Origin: an uncultured Opitutales bacterium
GTDB taxonomy: Bacteria; Verrucomicrobiota; Verrucomicrobiia; Opitutales; UBA9783
Direction of reading: 5' to 3'
NCBI GenBank assembly: GCA_934691225.1
Contig: CAKUSQ010000002.1
Location: 27,372-59,371, forward strand
DNA length: 32,000 nucleotides
Shown: positions 15,048-22,776 of the stretch, piece after piece
Layout: each line of letters begins with the position of its first letter
Position numbering within the stretch: position 1 is the stretch's first letter
Notes under the pieces: model-generated
Seen by the model: the letters and a program-made list of their open reading frames with translations, nothing else
What the model was told of the DNA's origin: nothing
Databases searched by the model: none
Program-made: the position numbers and the translations under genes

Positions 15048-15421
15048 TTAGTTAGCTTCAAGACATAGGTTATTAGGCATTTTTTTTGTACAAGGCTAAA
15101 AAATTGAATGTAATGGAGGTTAGAACTGTCTTTTTTTACAGAAATTTTAAAAGTAGCTGAGGGATCAAAATCTTTTTTGAAATAACGTTCCTTAGTGATT
15201 GCATCATGATAAGACCACCAAATTCCTTTGACTTCTTGATTATTTTGCAAAAACCACTCGAATGCATCTATGTAAGTGTGTAAAATTTTTTCCTCTTCAA
15301 GTTGAATATGTTTTTGTTGTTTTAAGGTTTTTAAATGAATAACCACAACTAGGCAGACTGAAAAAATCATGAGACTTAACATGAATTCCAGCAGACTGAA
15401 CCCACAAACATTATTTTTCAT
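15044..15421 (-). CDS. Prepilin-type (type IV pilin/pseudopilin-like) protein
   Basis: Class III signal MKNNVCG|FSLLEFMLSLMIFSV: Gly at -1, Phe at +1, Glu at +5, then a hydrophobic helix. 125 aa. Its ATG overlaps the stop of the FtsZ-like gene. Confidence 0.65.
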   Translation of the reverse strand: MKNNVCGFSLLEFMLSLMIFSVCLVVVIHLKTLKQQKHIQLEEEKILHTYIDAFEWFLQNNQEVKGIWWSYHDAITKERYFKKDFDPSATFKISVKKDSSNLHYIQFFSLVQKKCLITYVLKLTN

Positions 15422-16548
15422 GGTTCTAACTTAAGCCCTAAACGTAAATAAGTAGGGGTATCCCAAAAAGATTCGATGCCTTGACCTTCGAAATCAAATT
15501 GAATTTGAACGTGATTTTGTTCAGATGATGTTTGTTTTTTACTTCGATAGCGAACTGTCTTTAGATTCATTTTACTGTAAGAGAGTAAAATAAAAATTTT
15601 GGCTTCCTTTTCTCCTGATAAATGCGAATGGCAAACGTTGAGTAGGGTTAAATCGGGAATGCCTAAGAAACTTTGCAGTTCGTAATTTAAGTTTTTTAAC
15701 TCTGTTAGCGCGATATCATGGCTTAAATTTGTGTAAACAAATGCATGTTGTGAAGGTATATTTTCTACGTGAACTTTTAATGCAGGGCAGTTCATCGCTG
15801 ACTGAAGTGCGACTTCTACCGCTTTTTCACCTTTACCTTCGCCGTATCCCCAGCAGACCGCATCAGGTTTGCCAGAAAAATGTTTAATGAAATCATTTAA
15901 ATTGCATGAAAAGGCTCCCGTTTCAGTTTGAGTTAAACTTGAGAAAAAAGATTGTAGCAGTTGGCTTAATAAATGATTTCCGGCTGCAAAAGCTTCTTTG
16001 ATGGTTGCAGTGTTGGGTAATGTTTGAAACAGAATATCGTTGTAAAAGGGTACAACTAAGTCAGCTAAACTGTGCAATGTTTTTAATTGAATTTGAGCAC
16101 GAATTCCTTTGTTTTTCCCTTCAAAAGAAAAAGGTATGATCGGAATAACCAGTACAAATGCGCCTGTTTGAATTGCTTTTTGCACTGTTGCGTTCAGCAT
16201 TCCACATCCAGAACCACCGCTTAATCCTACTAGTAACACAAGTACATCGAGCTTTTGGCAAAAATTTTCAACGAAATTATCTTCTTTAGCAAAAGATTCC
16301 TTGATGAGAGTTTCATCTCCGCCAGAACTGAATCCGCGCAAAATATTTTTTGCAAAACAGTATTTGGGTAAATTGGAGGATAAACTTTCTAAACAACGTA
16401 GGTCTGTGTCAACTGCTAGACAAAGATCTGTTATGTAAGTGTTTTGTGAAAAAAAATAATTAAGAGCTCGACAAGCAGCACTACCTAAGGCAAGAAATTT
16501 TATTCGTGCACCAGGATTAACAGTAGATTCTTCAAATAATTCCTCCAC
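15418..16548 (-). CDS. Highly divergent FtsZ/tubulin-family protein
   Basis: GTG start. Full-length by-eye colinearity with FtsZ: LAVDTDLRCL, VGLSGGSGCG (tubulin signature), IIPFSFEGKNKG, VPFYNDIL, NLNDFIKHF (T7 region), GYGEGKGEKAVEVALQSAMNCPAL, and the C-terminal DTPTYLR tail. Confidence 0.7.
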   Translation of the reverse strand: MEELFEESTVNPGARIKFLALGSAACRALNYFFSQNTYITDLCLAVDTDLRCLESLSSNLPKYCFAKNILRGFSSGGDETLIKESFAKEDNFVENFCQKLDVLVLLVGLSGGSGCGMLNATVQKAIQTGAFVLVIPIIPFSFEGKNKGIRAQIQLKTLHSLADLVVPFYNDILFQTLPNTATIKEAFAAGNHLLSQLLQSFFSSLTQTETGAFSCNLNDFIKHFSGKPDAVCWGYGEGKGEKAVEVALQSAMNCPALKVHVENIPSQHAFVYTNLSHDIALTELKNLNYELQSFLGIPDLTLLNVCHSHLSGEKEAKIFILLSYSKMNLKTVRYRSKKQTSSEQNHVQIQFDFEGQGIESFWDTPTYLRLGLKLEP

Positions 16549-16579
16549 ATACTAATAAAATCTTAATTTTTTAAAAATG

Positions 16580-18040
16580 TCAACGATAGATCTTTTGCCC
16601 TAAAAATTTCATATTTTTGATGCAGCTCGGTTTTGCAATAAATAATGAGAAAAAGAACAATAAAGTGATAAAAACCGTAAAAGGTATCGTTAGTGTAAAG
16701 CAAGCAAAAGGTAATTTTTCTAAATATTCAACCGACATTAAAAGTATAGCAATACAATGGCTAGCTATTATATTGATTAAAGGATGTAATATTTGAATGA
16801 AAGTTGCACAAAACCAAGTTGTGATGCCTAAAATAACTATAAAACTGGCTAAAGGTATCAAAAATAAGTTAGCTATGAATGCCCAAGGTGTAAATAAATT
16901 CCAGTAATAGATAGAAAATAAACTGCTTACTACGCTTGCACTTAATGAGATTATGCACGAAGTTTTCAGTTTGTAGTAACGATCGATGTTTTTATTTATA
17001 TAAGCGGTTAGTGGTATTCCAAGGTATAAAATGCTCGCTACAACTCCATAGGAAAGTTGAAAGCCAACGTCCCAAAGTTCAAATGGGTTAAAAAAGAGTG
17101 TTGTGCCAATGGTATTAAAAAAAGCTCCTTGAATGTCGATTGGACGAGAAAGTAATTGTGCGCACAAAATGAAGAAAACCATTAAAGAAGCACGTAAAGT
17201 GGATGGGCTAAATCCAACGATAGATGCATAAAAAAACACGCCAGTTCCACTTAAAATAATTCGAAGTATTTTAGGAAAACGAAGTAATTTGCAGATGAAA
17301 AACAAAAATGTGCTAACGACACCTACATGTAGACCGCTAACGGCAAACAGATGCATCGTTCCGGTGTAAAAAAAATGTTGCAACTGATGACTTTCAAGGG
17401 TTTCTTTTTTACCCATTAGAATAGCTCTGTAAATATTTGTGTATGTTTTATCTTTTAAGCTAAGTGTTTCAGAAAAGAACTTACGTTGTTCTTGTAAAAA
17501 TGTAGGAGATGCATAGAGGTCTACCGATAATTTTGCGTACGAAGCATGATGACGTACACCGCGAGACCATAAGTAAAAAGAAAAGTTGTTTGTGACATTA
17601 AAAGGGGGCCGTAAAGGCATAAGTTTCCCTGATAAACGATACGTAAGGTTGTCCTTTAAACAAATGGGATGCTTAGTGTTTATGTGCAAATATACGTTTT
17701 CTTGCCGACCTTCCGGAAGCTCAACCTTTCCAATGCCACCAATTCGCCCTTTATGCGTTCGAAAAATTTTATCAAATCGAAAGGTGCATTCGTGAATTTT
17801 ATGCGGTGCATCCAAGTATTTTTCACTATTTATCATGTGTAATGCAGGATTTATACTTAGAAGTGCACATATGAAAAATTTAAATGATAAAAGTTTTATA
17901 GAGTTAACTTTTATAAAAAACAATGTGAATAAGATGTAAATAACCCAAGTGATTAAAGAGGCATGTGTTAAATAGCAAAACGTACCTATAAGTATAAAGA
18001 TACAAATAAAACTAAAATAACACATTGGGTATTGTTGCAC
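16580..18040 (-). CDS. comEC: DNA internalisation channel ComEC/Rec2 (DUF4131 + competence domain, no metallo-beta-lactamase domain)
   Basis: 486-aa polytopic membrane protein with the FYTGTMHLFAVSGLHVGVV competence-domain motif and an N-terminal OB-like segment. It ends before any HxHxDH MBL motif. Confidence 0.85.
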   Translation of the reverse strand: MQQYPMCYFSFICIFILIGTFCYLTHASLITWVIYILFTLFFIKVNSIKLLSFKFFICALLSINPALHMINSEKYLDAPHKIHECTFRFDKIFRTHKGRIGGIGKVELPEGRQENVYLHINTKHPICLKDNLTYRLSGKLMPLRPPFNVTNNFSFYLWSRGVRHHASYAKLSVDLYASPTFLQEQRKFFSETLSLKDKTYTNIYRAILMGKKETLESHQLQHFFYTGTMHLFAVSGLHVGVVSTFLFFICKLLRFPKILRIILSGTGVFFYASIVGFSPSTLRASLMVFFILCAQLLSRPIDIQGAFFNTIGTTLFFNPFELWDVGFQLSYGVVASILYLGIPLTAYINKNIDRYYKLKTSCIISLSASVVSSLFSIYYWNLFTPWAFIANLFLIPLASFIVILGITTWFCATFIQILHPLINIIASHCIAILLMSVEYLEKLPFACFTLTIPFTVFITLLFFFSLFIAKPSCIKNMKFLGQKIYR

Positions 18041-18047
18041 TGAATAA

Positions 18048-18788
18048 TTAGTGTGTTGATTTAAATTCTAGAATGCATGCTTTTTTTAATAATGATTGCG
18101 GCAGCAATTCTAATTGTATTTGTTCTGATTGAATGTGTAGATTGACAGATCGTTGAAATTGTTTGTTTTTTAGAGTACAATTATAATAACCATCTTTGGG
18201 TATTAACTCACAATGATGCTTAAATATGCAATGTTCATCTACATGACCAATGCATTGATAGGGCAATCCTAACAGTGCATTAGCTTCTTCAATAAAACCT
18301 TTTAATAAAACTTGTCGGATGCGTGAACTGCAAATTCGTTCGTTAGCAAATTTTAAATGTTTGAATACTTGTAATTCTATAGTACCGTCTTTCTGACAAA
18401 GCTGGTTTAATGTGGTGGTATCTCCGCAACGATTATGCCCAAAATGGAAATCTTCCCCTACGTACAAACATTTTAAATTAGGGAAAAGTCGTTTTAGATA
18501 AGCAAAGAATTTTTCTGGTAAATACTGTGACCAGGCTTCTGTAAATTTTTTGATAAAAACATAATCACAACCCAGTTTTTTTAATAACCAGTAACGTTGT
18601 TGAATGGGATAAATAAGTTGAGGTGCATCGGCTAAATGCAAGATTTTCTTAGGATGCGGATGAAATGTTAAAGCTCCTGCCCAAGCATTTGTGGCACGTG
18701 CATTGCGAATGGCTTCACCTATTAAATATCTATGGCCATTATGCACCCCATCGAAAACACCTATAGCTAAGTGAAGAGGTTTTAACAT
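18048..18788 (-). CDS. ribF: FAD synthetase (FMN adenylyltransferase) RibF with a shortened, degenerate riboflavin-kinase domain
   Basis: AIGVFDGVHNGHRYLI, LTFHPHPKKIL, YVGEDFHFGHNRCGD and SSRIRQ. Only ~75 aa follow the LLGLPY linker, and the GRxxGFPTAN motif is absent. Confidence 0.8.
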   Translation of the reverse strand: MLKPLHLAIGVFDGVHNGHRYLIGEAIRNARATNAWAGALTFHPHPKKILHLADAPQLIYPIQQRYWLLKKLGCDYVFIKKFTEAWSQYLPEKFFAYLKRLFPNLKCLYVGEDFHFGHNRCGDTTTLNQLCQKDGTIELQVFKHLKFANERICSSRIRQVLLKGFIEEANALLGLPYQCIGHVDEHCIFKHHCELIPKDGYYNCTLKNKQFQRSVNLHIQSEQIQLELLPQSLLKKACILEFKSTH

Positions 18789-18791
18789 ATA

Positions 18792-19562
18792 TTAAGATTT
18801 TAGCAATTGGTAATTTGCATACGGAATGATGTAGGGTTTTAAACTCTCTATAGAATTTTTCCCTAATATATCATTTAAATCCATTGCGTTTTCAATAGAA
18901 AAATGGCCGCTTTTGATTCTTCTTAATCCAGCTAAATGTCCGCCGCATCCTAATTTTTGTCCTAAATCATGCGCTAATGAACGTATATAAGTACCTTTAG
19001 AACATCTTACATGAAAGTGTGCATTAGGATTATCATGTTGGACTAAGTTAAATTTTTCAATTGATATAAAATTAGGTTCACGCGCGATATCTCGACCTTT
19101 TCTAGCTAACTTATACAGAGGAACCCCCGCATGTTTTTTAGCTGAAAACATGGGTGGATTTTGATATTGATCTCCTAAAAAAGTTTGCATACAGGTTTGA
19201 ATTAAATCGGTATTTAATCCATCTGTAGGGTGCGTTTCTGTTATTTCTCCTTCGCGATCGTAAGTGGATGTTTCTGTACCAAGCTGAATTATGCCTGTGT
19301 ACTCTTTAATTCCACACATGAGCTGTTGAGATAGTTTTGTTGCTTTACCGAGCACCACTATTAAGAGCCCTGTGGCCAATGGATCTAAAGTTCCTGCATG
19401 ACCTAATTTTAAAATTCCAAAGTGATGTTTTAAACGTCGAATGACGTCAAACGATGAACATCCGTAAGGTTTGTCGATGAGCAAGATTCCATCTACTTGG
19501 ACTTGCGTTTTAGCTCGTTGCAAAGGTGTAGAGATGTTAGGGGAGCAATGAATCCAAATCAT
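18792..19562 (-). CDS. truB: tRNA pseudouridine(55) synthase
   Basis: GILLIDKPYGCSSFDV, LGHAGTLDPLATGLL, PPMFSAKK, CSKGTYIRSLAHDLG. The start may instead be the in-frame TTG at 19523, which removes the overlap with the upstream gene. Confidence 0.93.
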   Translation of the reverse strand: MIWIHCSPNISTPLQRAKTQVQVDGILLIDKPYGCSSFDVIRRLKHHFGILKLGHAGTLDPLATGLLIVVLGKATKLSQQLMCGIKEYTGIIQLGTETSTYDREGEITETHPTDGLNTDLIQTCMQTFLGDQYQNPPMFSAKKHAGVPLYKLARKGRDIAREPNFISIEKFNLVQHDNPNAHFHVRCSKGTYIRSLAHDLGQKLGCGGHLAGLRRIKSGHFSIENAMDLNDILGKNSIESLKPYIIPYANYQLLKS

Positions 19563-20493
19563 GAATAAATTCCTTAAATGAAAAATTATTTAAATCACAT
19601 TGAAAGCCTGCGGCGCATATATGTCCACCACCGTTCCATTTTTTTGCCACAACATTGACAGGAATATTAGGTTGATTAGAACGTAAACTGCCTTTGACGA
19701 ACGTTTTATTGTATTCTATAAAAGCGGCAATTTTTGCATTTTTTAACGTTAACAATTGGTTAACAAAACCTTCTGTATCGTTATGGTTTGTGTTGGTATC
19801 TGCATAATCTTGAAACGAAAGTGTTGAAACAACAATAGCGTCTTGGGAGTAAATTTCGACATGATCCAAAAATAAACTTTGGAGTTTCAATTGCGCTTGA
19901 GTTCTGTTGTTGAAGATTCGCTGTATAATTTTACAGGGTTCAACCCCGGCGCGTACAAGTTGTTCAGCACATTCGAACGTGTGTTGTGTGACATTGTTGT
20001 GCGAAAAATTACCAGAATCTGTTAACAGCCCTAGATATAAGGATTCATTAATAAAAGTATTATTGAACCGGTAACCATTTTGACTGAGCAAAAATGTCAA
20101 AATTTCACATGTTGAAGATGCTGCTGGTTCTACGCAGCTAAATTGAGCCCATTTGTCTTCTTTTGGATGATGGTCGATAACTAATAAAAAACGACATTGC
20201 CTAAGCGATTCAGAAACGCGAGAAGGTTTTCCGCAATCAACCGCAATCCAGTAAGATTTTGCTTCAACATCGATATCTTTTACATTTTTATTAGGTGAAT
20301 TATTTAGAAATGTTCTAAAAATTTCAGGCGTATCTTCGGTTACAACAGCGTAAGCTTGATATCCTAACGTGTTTAAATAAACTGCCAATGCAATTTGGCT
20401 CCCTATAGCATCACCGTCTGGACGTTCATGTCCAACGATGTAGATAGGTAAATGCTTATCACAAATTTTTAGACTTTGAGATAAAAAAGCCAT
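19537..20493 (-). CDS. nrnA: DHH/DHHA1 phosphoesterase (NrnA-like oligoribonuclease/pAp phosphatase)
   Basis: GHERPDGDAIGS, VIDHHP, and DHHA1 GGGHICAAGF. Confidence 0.8.
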   Translation of the reverse strand: MAFLSQSLKICDKHLPIYIVGHERPDGDAIGSQIALAVYLNTLGYQAYAVVTEDTPEIFRTFLNNSPNKNVKDIDVEAKSYWIAVDCGKPSRVSESLRQCRFLLVIDHHPKEDKWAQFSCVEPAASSTCEILTFLLSQNGYRFNNTFINESLYLGLLTDSGNFSHNNVTQHTFECAEQLVRAGVEPCKIIQRIFNNRTQAQLKLQSLFLDHVEIYSQDAIVVSTLSFQDYADTNTNHNDTEGFVNQLLTLKNAKIAAFIEYNKTFVKGSLRSNQPNIPVNVVAKKWNGGGHICAAGFQCDLNNFSFKEFIHDLDSLLP

Positions 20494-20522
20494 AAAATTA
20501 AGAAAAAGATTTTTGCATCAAA

Positions 20523-21239
20523 TCACAATGTTTTATTTACAAAATTTCTTCCTTTGTTTTCAATGCATTCATTTACAATAATGCTGTTAGGGATGATAAC
20601 AATAGTGTCATTTTCAGTTAGAAGTCGTGTTGATCGTAGTCCTATCGATATAACTTTTCCGCGAGCTCGCGTTCCAATTAGAATCCAATCGCCTTCTTTG
20701 AATGGATGATCCAGTATGATCGAAACTGTAGCCCACAGATTAGAGATGGTATTTTGTGATGCAAAAGCTAAAGCTGCTCCACCTATCCCTAATGTTGTTA
20801 GAAGACCTCCAATCGAATACCCTAAATTATTAGCGGCTACAACAATACCTAAACTTACAAAACCAAACAGTACAAGTTTTCGCATTAACGGATAGAAGTC
20901 TGCCATGTTTTTGATAAGTTTTCCAAAGCAAATCAAGCAGACCAGAACAATAAGATCACCTAGAATTAAACAGAGCAAAAAGCTTGAAAGGGCTTTGCAG
21001 ATTTGGCCTATAGGACCTAGTTGTAATGCATGTGCTCCAAGCCATACAACGACGAATGTCCAAAGAAGGTATATTTTTAGTCTGAGACTTATGAAAAGTT
21101 TTTGTAAATAATTAGGTGAAAGCGATAATTTATGAATCCATGTACGTAATTTCTTAACGCCAATAATGAGAAATACGTGACCAATTGCATAAGCAATTAA
21201 GTAAAAAATAATCGTGTACAGATCAAAGTTTTTTATCAT
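20523..21239 (-). CDS. Small-conductance mechanosensitive channel family protein (short, MscS-like)
   Basis: Pore helix/beta-domain pattern GGAALAFASQNTISNLWATVSIILDHPFKEGDWILIG..GKVISIGLRSTRLLTENDTIVIIPNS. The protein ends soon after the beta domain. Confidence 0.75.
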   Translation of the reverse strand: MIKNFDLYTIIFYLIAYAIGHVFLIIGVKKLRTWIHKLSLSPNYLQKLFISLRLKIYLLWTFVVVWLGAHALQLGPIGQICKALSSFLLCLILGDLIVLVCLICFGKLIKNMADFYPLMRKLVLFGFVSLGIVVAANNLGYSIGGLLTTLGIGGAALAFASQNTISNLWATVSIILDHPFKEGDWILIGTRARGKVISIGLRSTRLLTENDTIVIIPNSIIVNECIENKGRNFVNKTL

Positions 21240-21876
21240 GTGCTTGTTCCGTTAATTTTTTGGCTTCTTCAGGACATACAGCACCTCCAGAAATAATAAG
21301 CTTAATCGCCTCACCGACGGTCATGTCTAAAATGATCAATTTTTCTTCAGGAACCATAATTAAAAAACCTGATGTTGGATTAGGTGTTGTTGGTACGAAA
21401 ACATTGCAAACATTTTCTTTGGTTTTTTCTTGAGTTTCACCTCTTGAACGGTTTGTTAAAAAACCGATTGAATACATGCCATCGCTAGGAAACTTCACGA
21501 GCACAGCTTTTTGAAATACCGCTTGTTTGTTTTTTCCAATGGTGTCAACAATTTGCTTTACGGTATTATAAATTGTGTTAATGAAAGGGATATTTCGAAT
21601 TAAACTTTCAATGAAATTTAAGAAAGTTTTACCTAAGAAAAATTTCGAAAGCCATCCGAAAAGCGTAATCATTGCAATCACAATAAATATAGACATTAGA
21701 CTGGCTATTAATTCTACCCATTGTTTTTCGAACAGATGGCTCCATGGACTGAAGAACAGAACGCTTGCCGGTTGACCAATTTTTTCTAACAGAAATTTTA
21801 TAACCACAAAAGTAACACCTAAGGGCATTAAAACGACAAGTCCTGTAACGAAAGAATTTTTCAAATTTTTCAGCAT
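21223..21876 (-). CDS. DUF502-family membrane protein
   Basis: Two N-terminal TM helices and the VFVPTTPNPTSGFLIMVP signature. Confidence 0.8.
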   Translation of the reverse strand: MLKNLKNSFVTGLVVLMPLGVTFVVIKFLLEKIGQPASVLFFSPWSHLFEKQWVELIASLMSIFIVIAMITLFGWLSKFFLGKTFLNFIESLIRNIPFINTIYNTVKQIVDTIGKNKQAVFQKAVLVKFPSDGMYSIGFLTNRSRGETQEKTKENVCNVFVPTTPNPTSGFLIMVPEEKLIILDMTVGEAIKLIISGGAVCPEEAKKLTEQAHDKKL

Positions 21877-21953
21877 TGGCTTAAACTCTAGCGCAGATTA
21901 AGAAGTAAAGACAAGAAAATTTTTACGATAAACTATTTTATGTACAAAAAATT

Positions 21954-22724
21954 TTAAAAATTAAAAAATTTGCGAGTATTTTCAGAAGTAACGCGAACGC
22001 ATTCATCATAGGAAATATTTTTTATTTCTGCTAATTTTTGTGCTATCCAATGCACGTTTTCAGGAGAGTTAACTTTTCCTCGGTGAGGAGCCGGGGATAG
22101 ATAAGGACTGTCAGTTTCTATTAAAATTTGATTTAATGGTACAAGTTGAGCTGTTTCAACGGTATGTCCTGGTTTTTTAAACGTTAGGATACCAGAGTAT
22201 GAAACAAAACCACCATTTTCAAGAATCCAATTGACACTCTTTACATCTTCAACAAAACAGTGAAACATAGCGCGATGAAGGTCAAATTTGGTGTAAATTA
22301 AAATTTCTTTTAAAATGGTAAAAGCATCGCGGCAATGAATAACAATGGGTAGGTGATATTTTTGTGCCAATCGAATTTGTCGCTCGAAAATTTTCATTTG
22401 TAATTTCATGCGTTCAATATTCTCAGTTTGAAAAATACTGTGAAAATCAAGTCCTATTTCACCTATAGCTACACCTTGAGTTACATAGGTTTCAAGCGCA
22501 TTTAACTCTTCCTGCCAATGATCCGAAATTTCCAAAGGATGAATGCCATAACATACTTTTATGTTAGAATATTTTTCAGACAATGAATGATAAAAATGCC
22601 AGTCATGAGATTTCGCGGCTGAAGTAACCACATAAGACATTGAGTGATTGGAAAGTTGTTCTAAAAAAGCGCTTGCGCTTTCAATAGATAAATGATCCAA
22701 ATGACAGTGAGCATCGATTAGCAT
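21954..22724 (-). CDS. tatD: TatD-family metal-dependent hydrolase/DNase
   Basis: MLIDAHCHLD start (internal Met preferred over the track start at 22760), plus EIGLDF, VIHCRDA and ETDSPYL. Confidence 0.9.
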   Translation of the reverse strand: MLIDAHCHLDHLSIESASAFLEQLSNHSMSYVVTSAAKSHDWHFYHSLSEKYSNIKVCYGIHPLEISDHWQEELNALETYVTQGVAIGEIGLDFHSIFQTENIERMKLQMKIFERQIRLAQKYHLPIVIHCRDAFTILKEILIYTKFDLHRAMFHCFVEDVKSVNWILENGGFVSYSGILTFKKPGHTVETAQLVPLNQILIETDSPYLSPAPHRGKVNSPENVHWIAQKLAEIKNISYDECVRVTSENTRKFFNF

Positions 22725-22776
22725 TGCATAAAGCTTCAAAAATTTTACGTAAAAAATCAAATAAAATTTGAAGTTT

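Noticed and set aside
15418-16548. Alternative identities for the FtsZ-like protein: BtubA/B, TubZ, or the FtsZl-1 family
   Set aside because: Its length, its colinearity with both the FtsZ N- and C-terminal domains, and its FtsZ-type C-terminal DxPxFLR-like tail fit true FtsZ descent better. This cannot be proven without a phylogeny.
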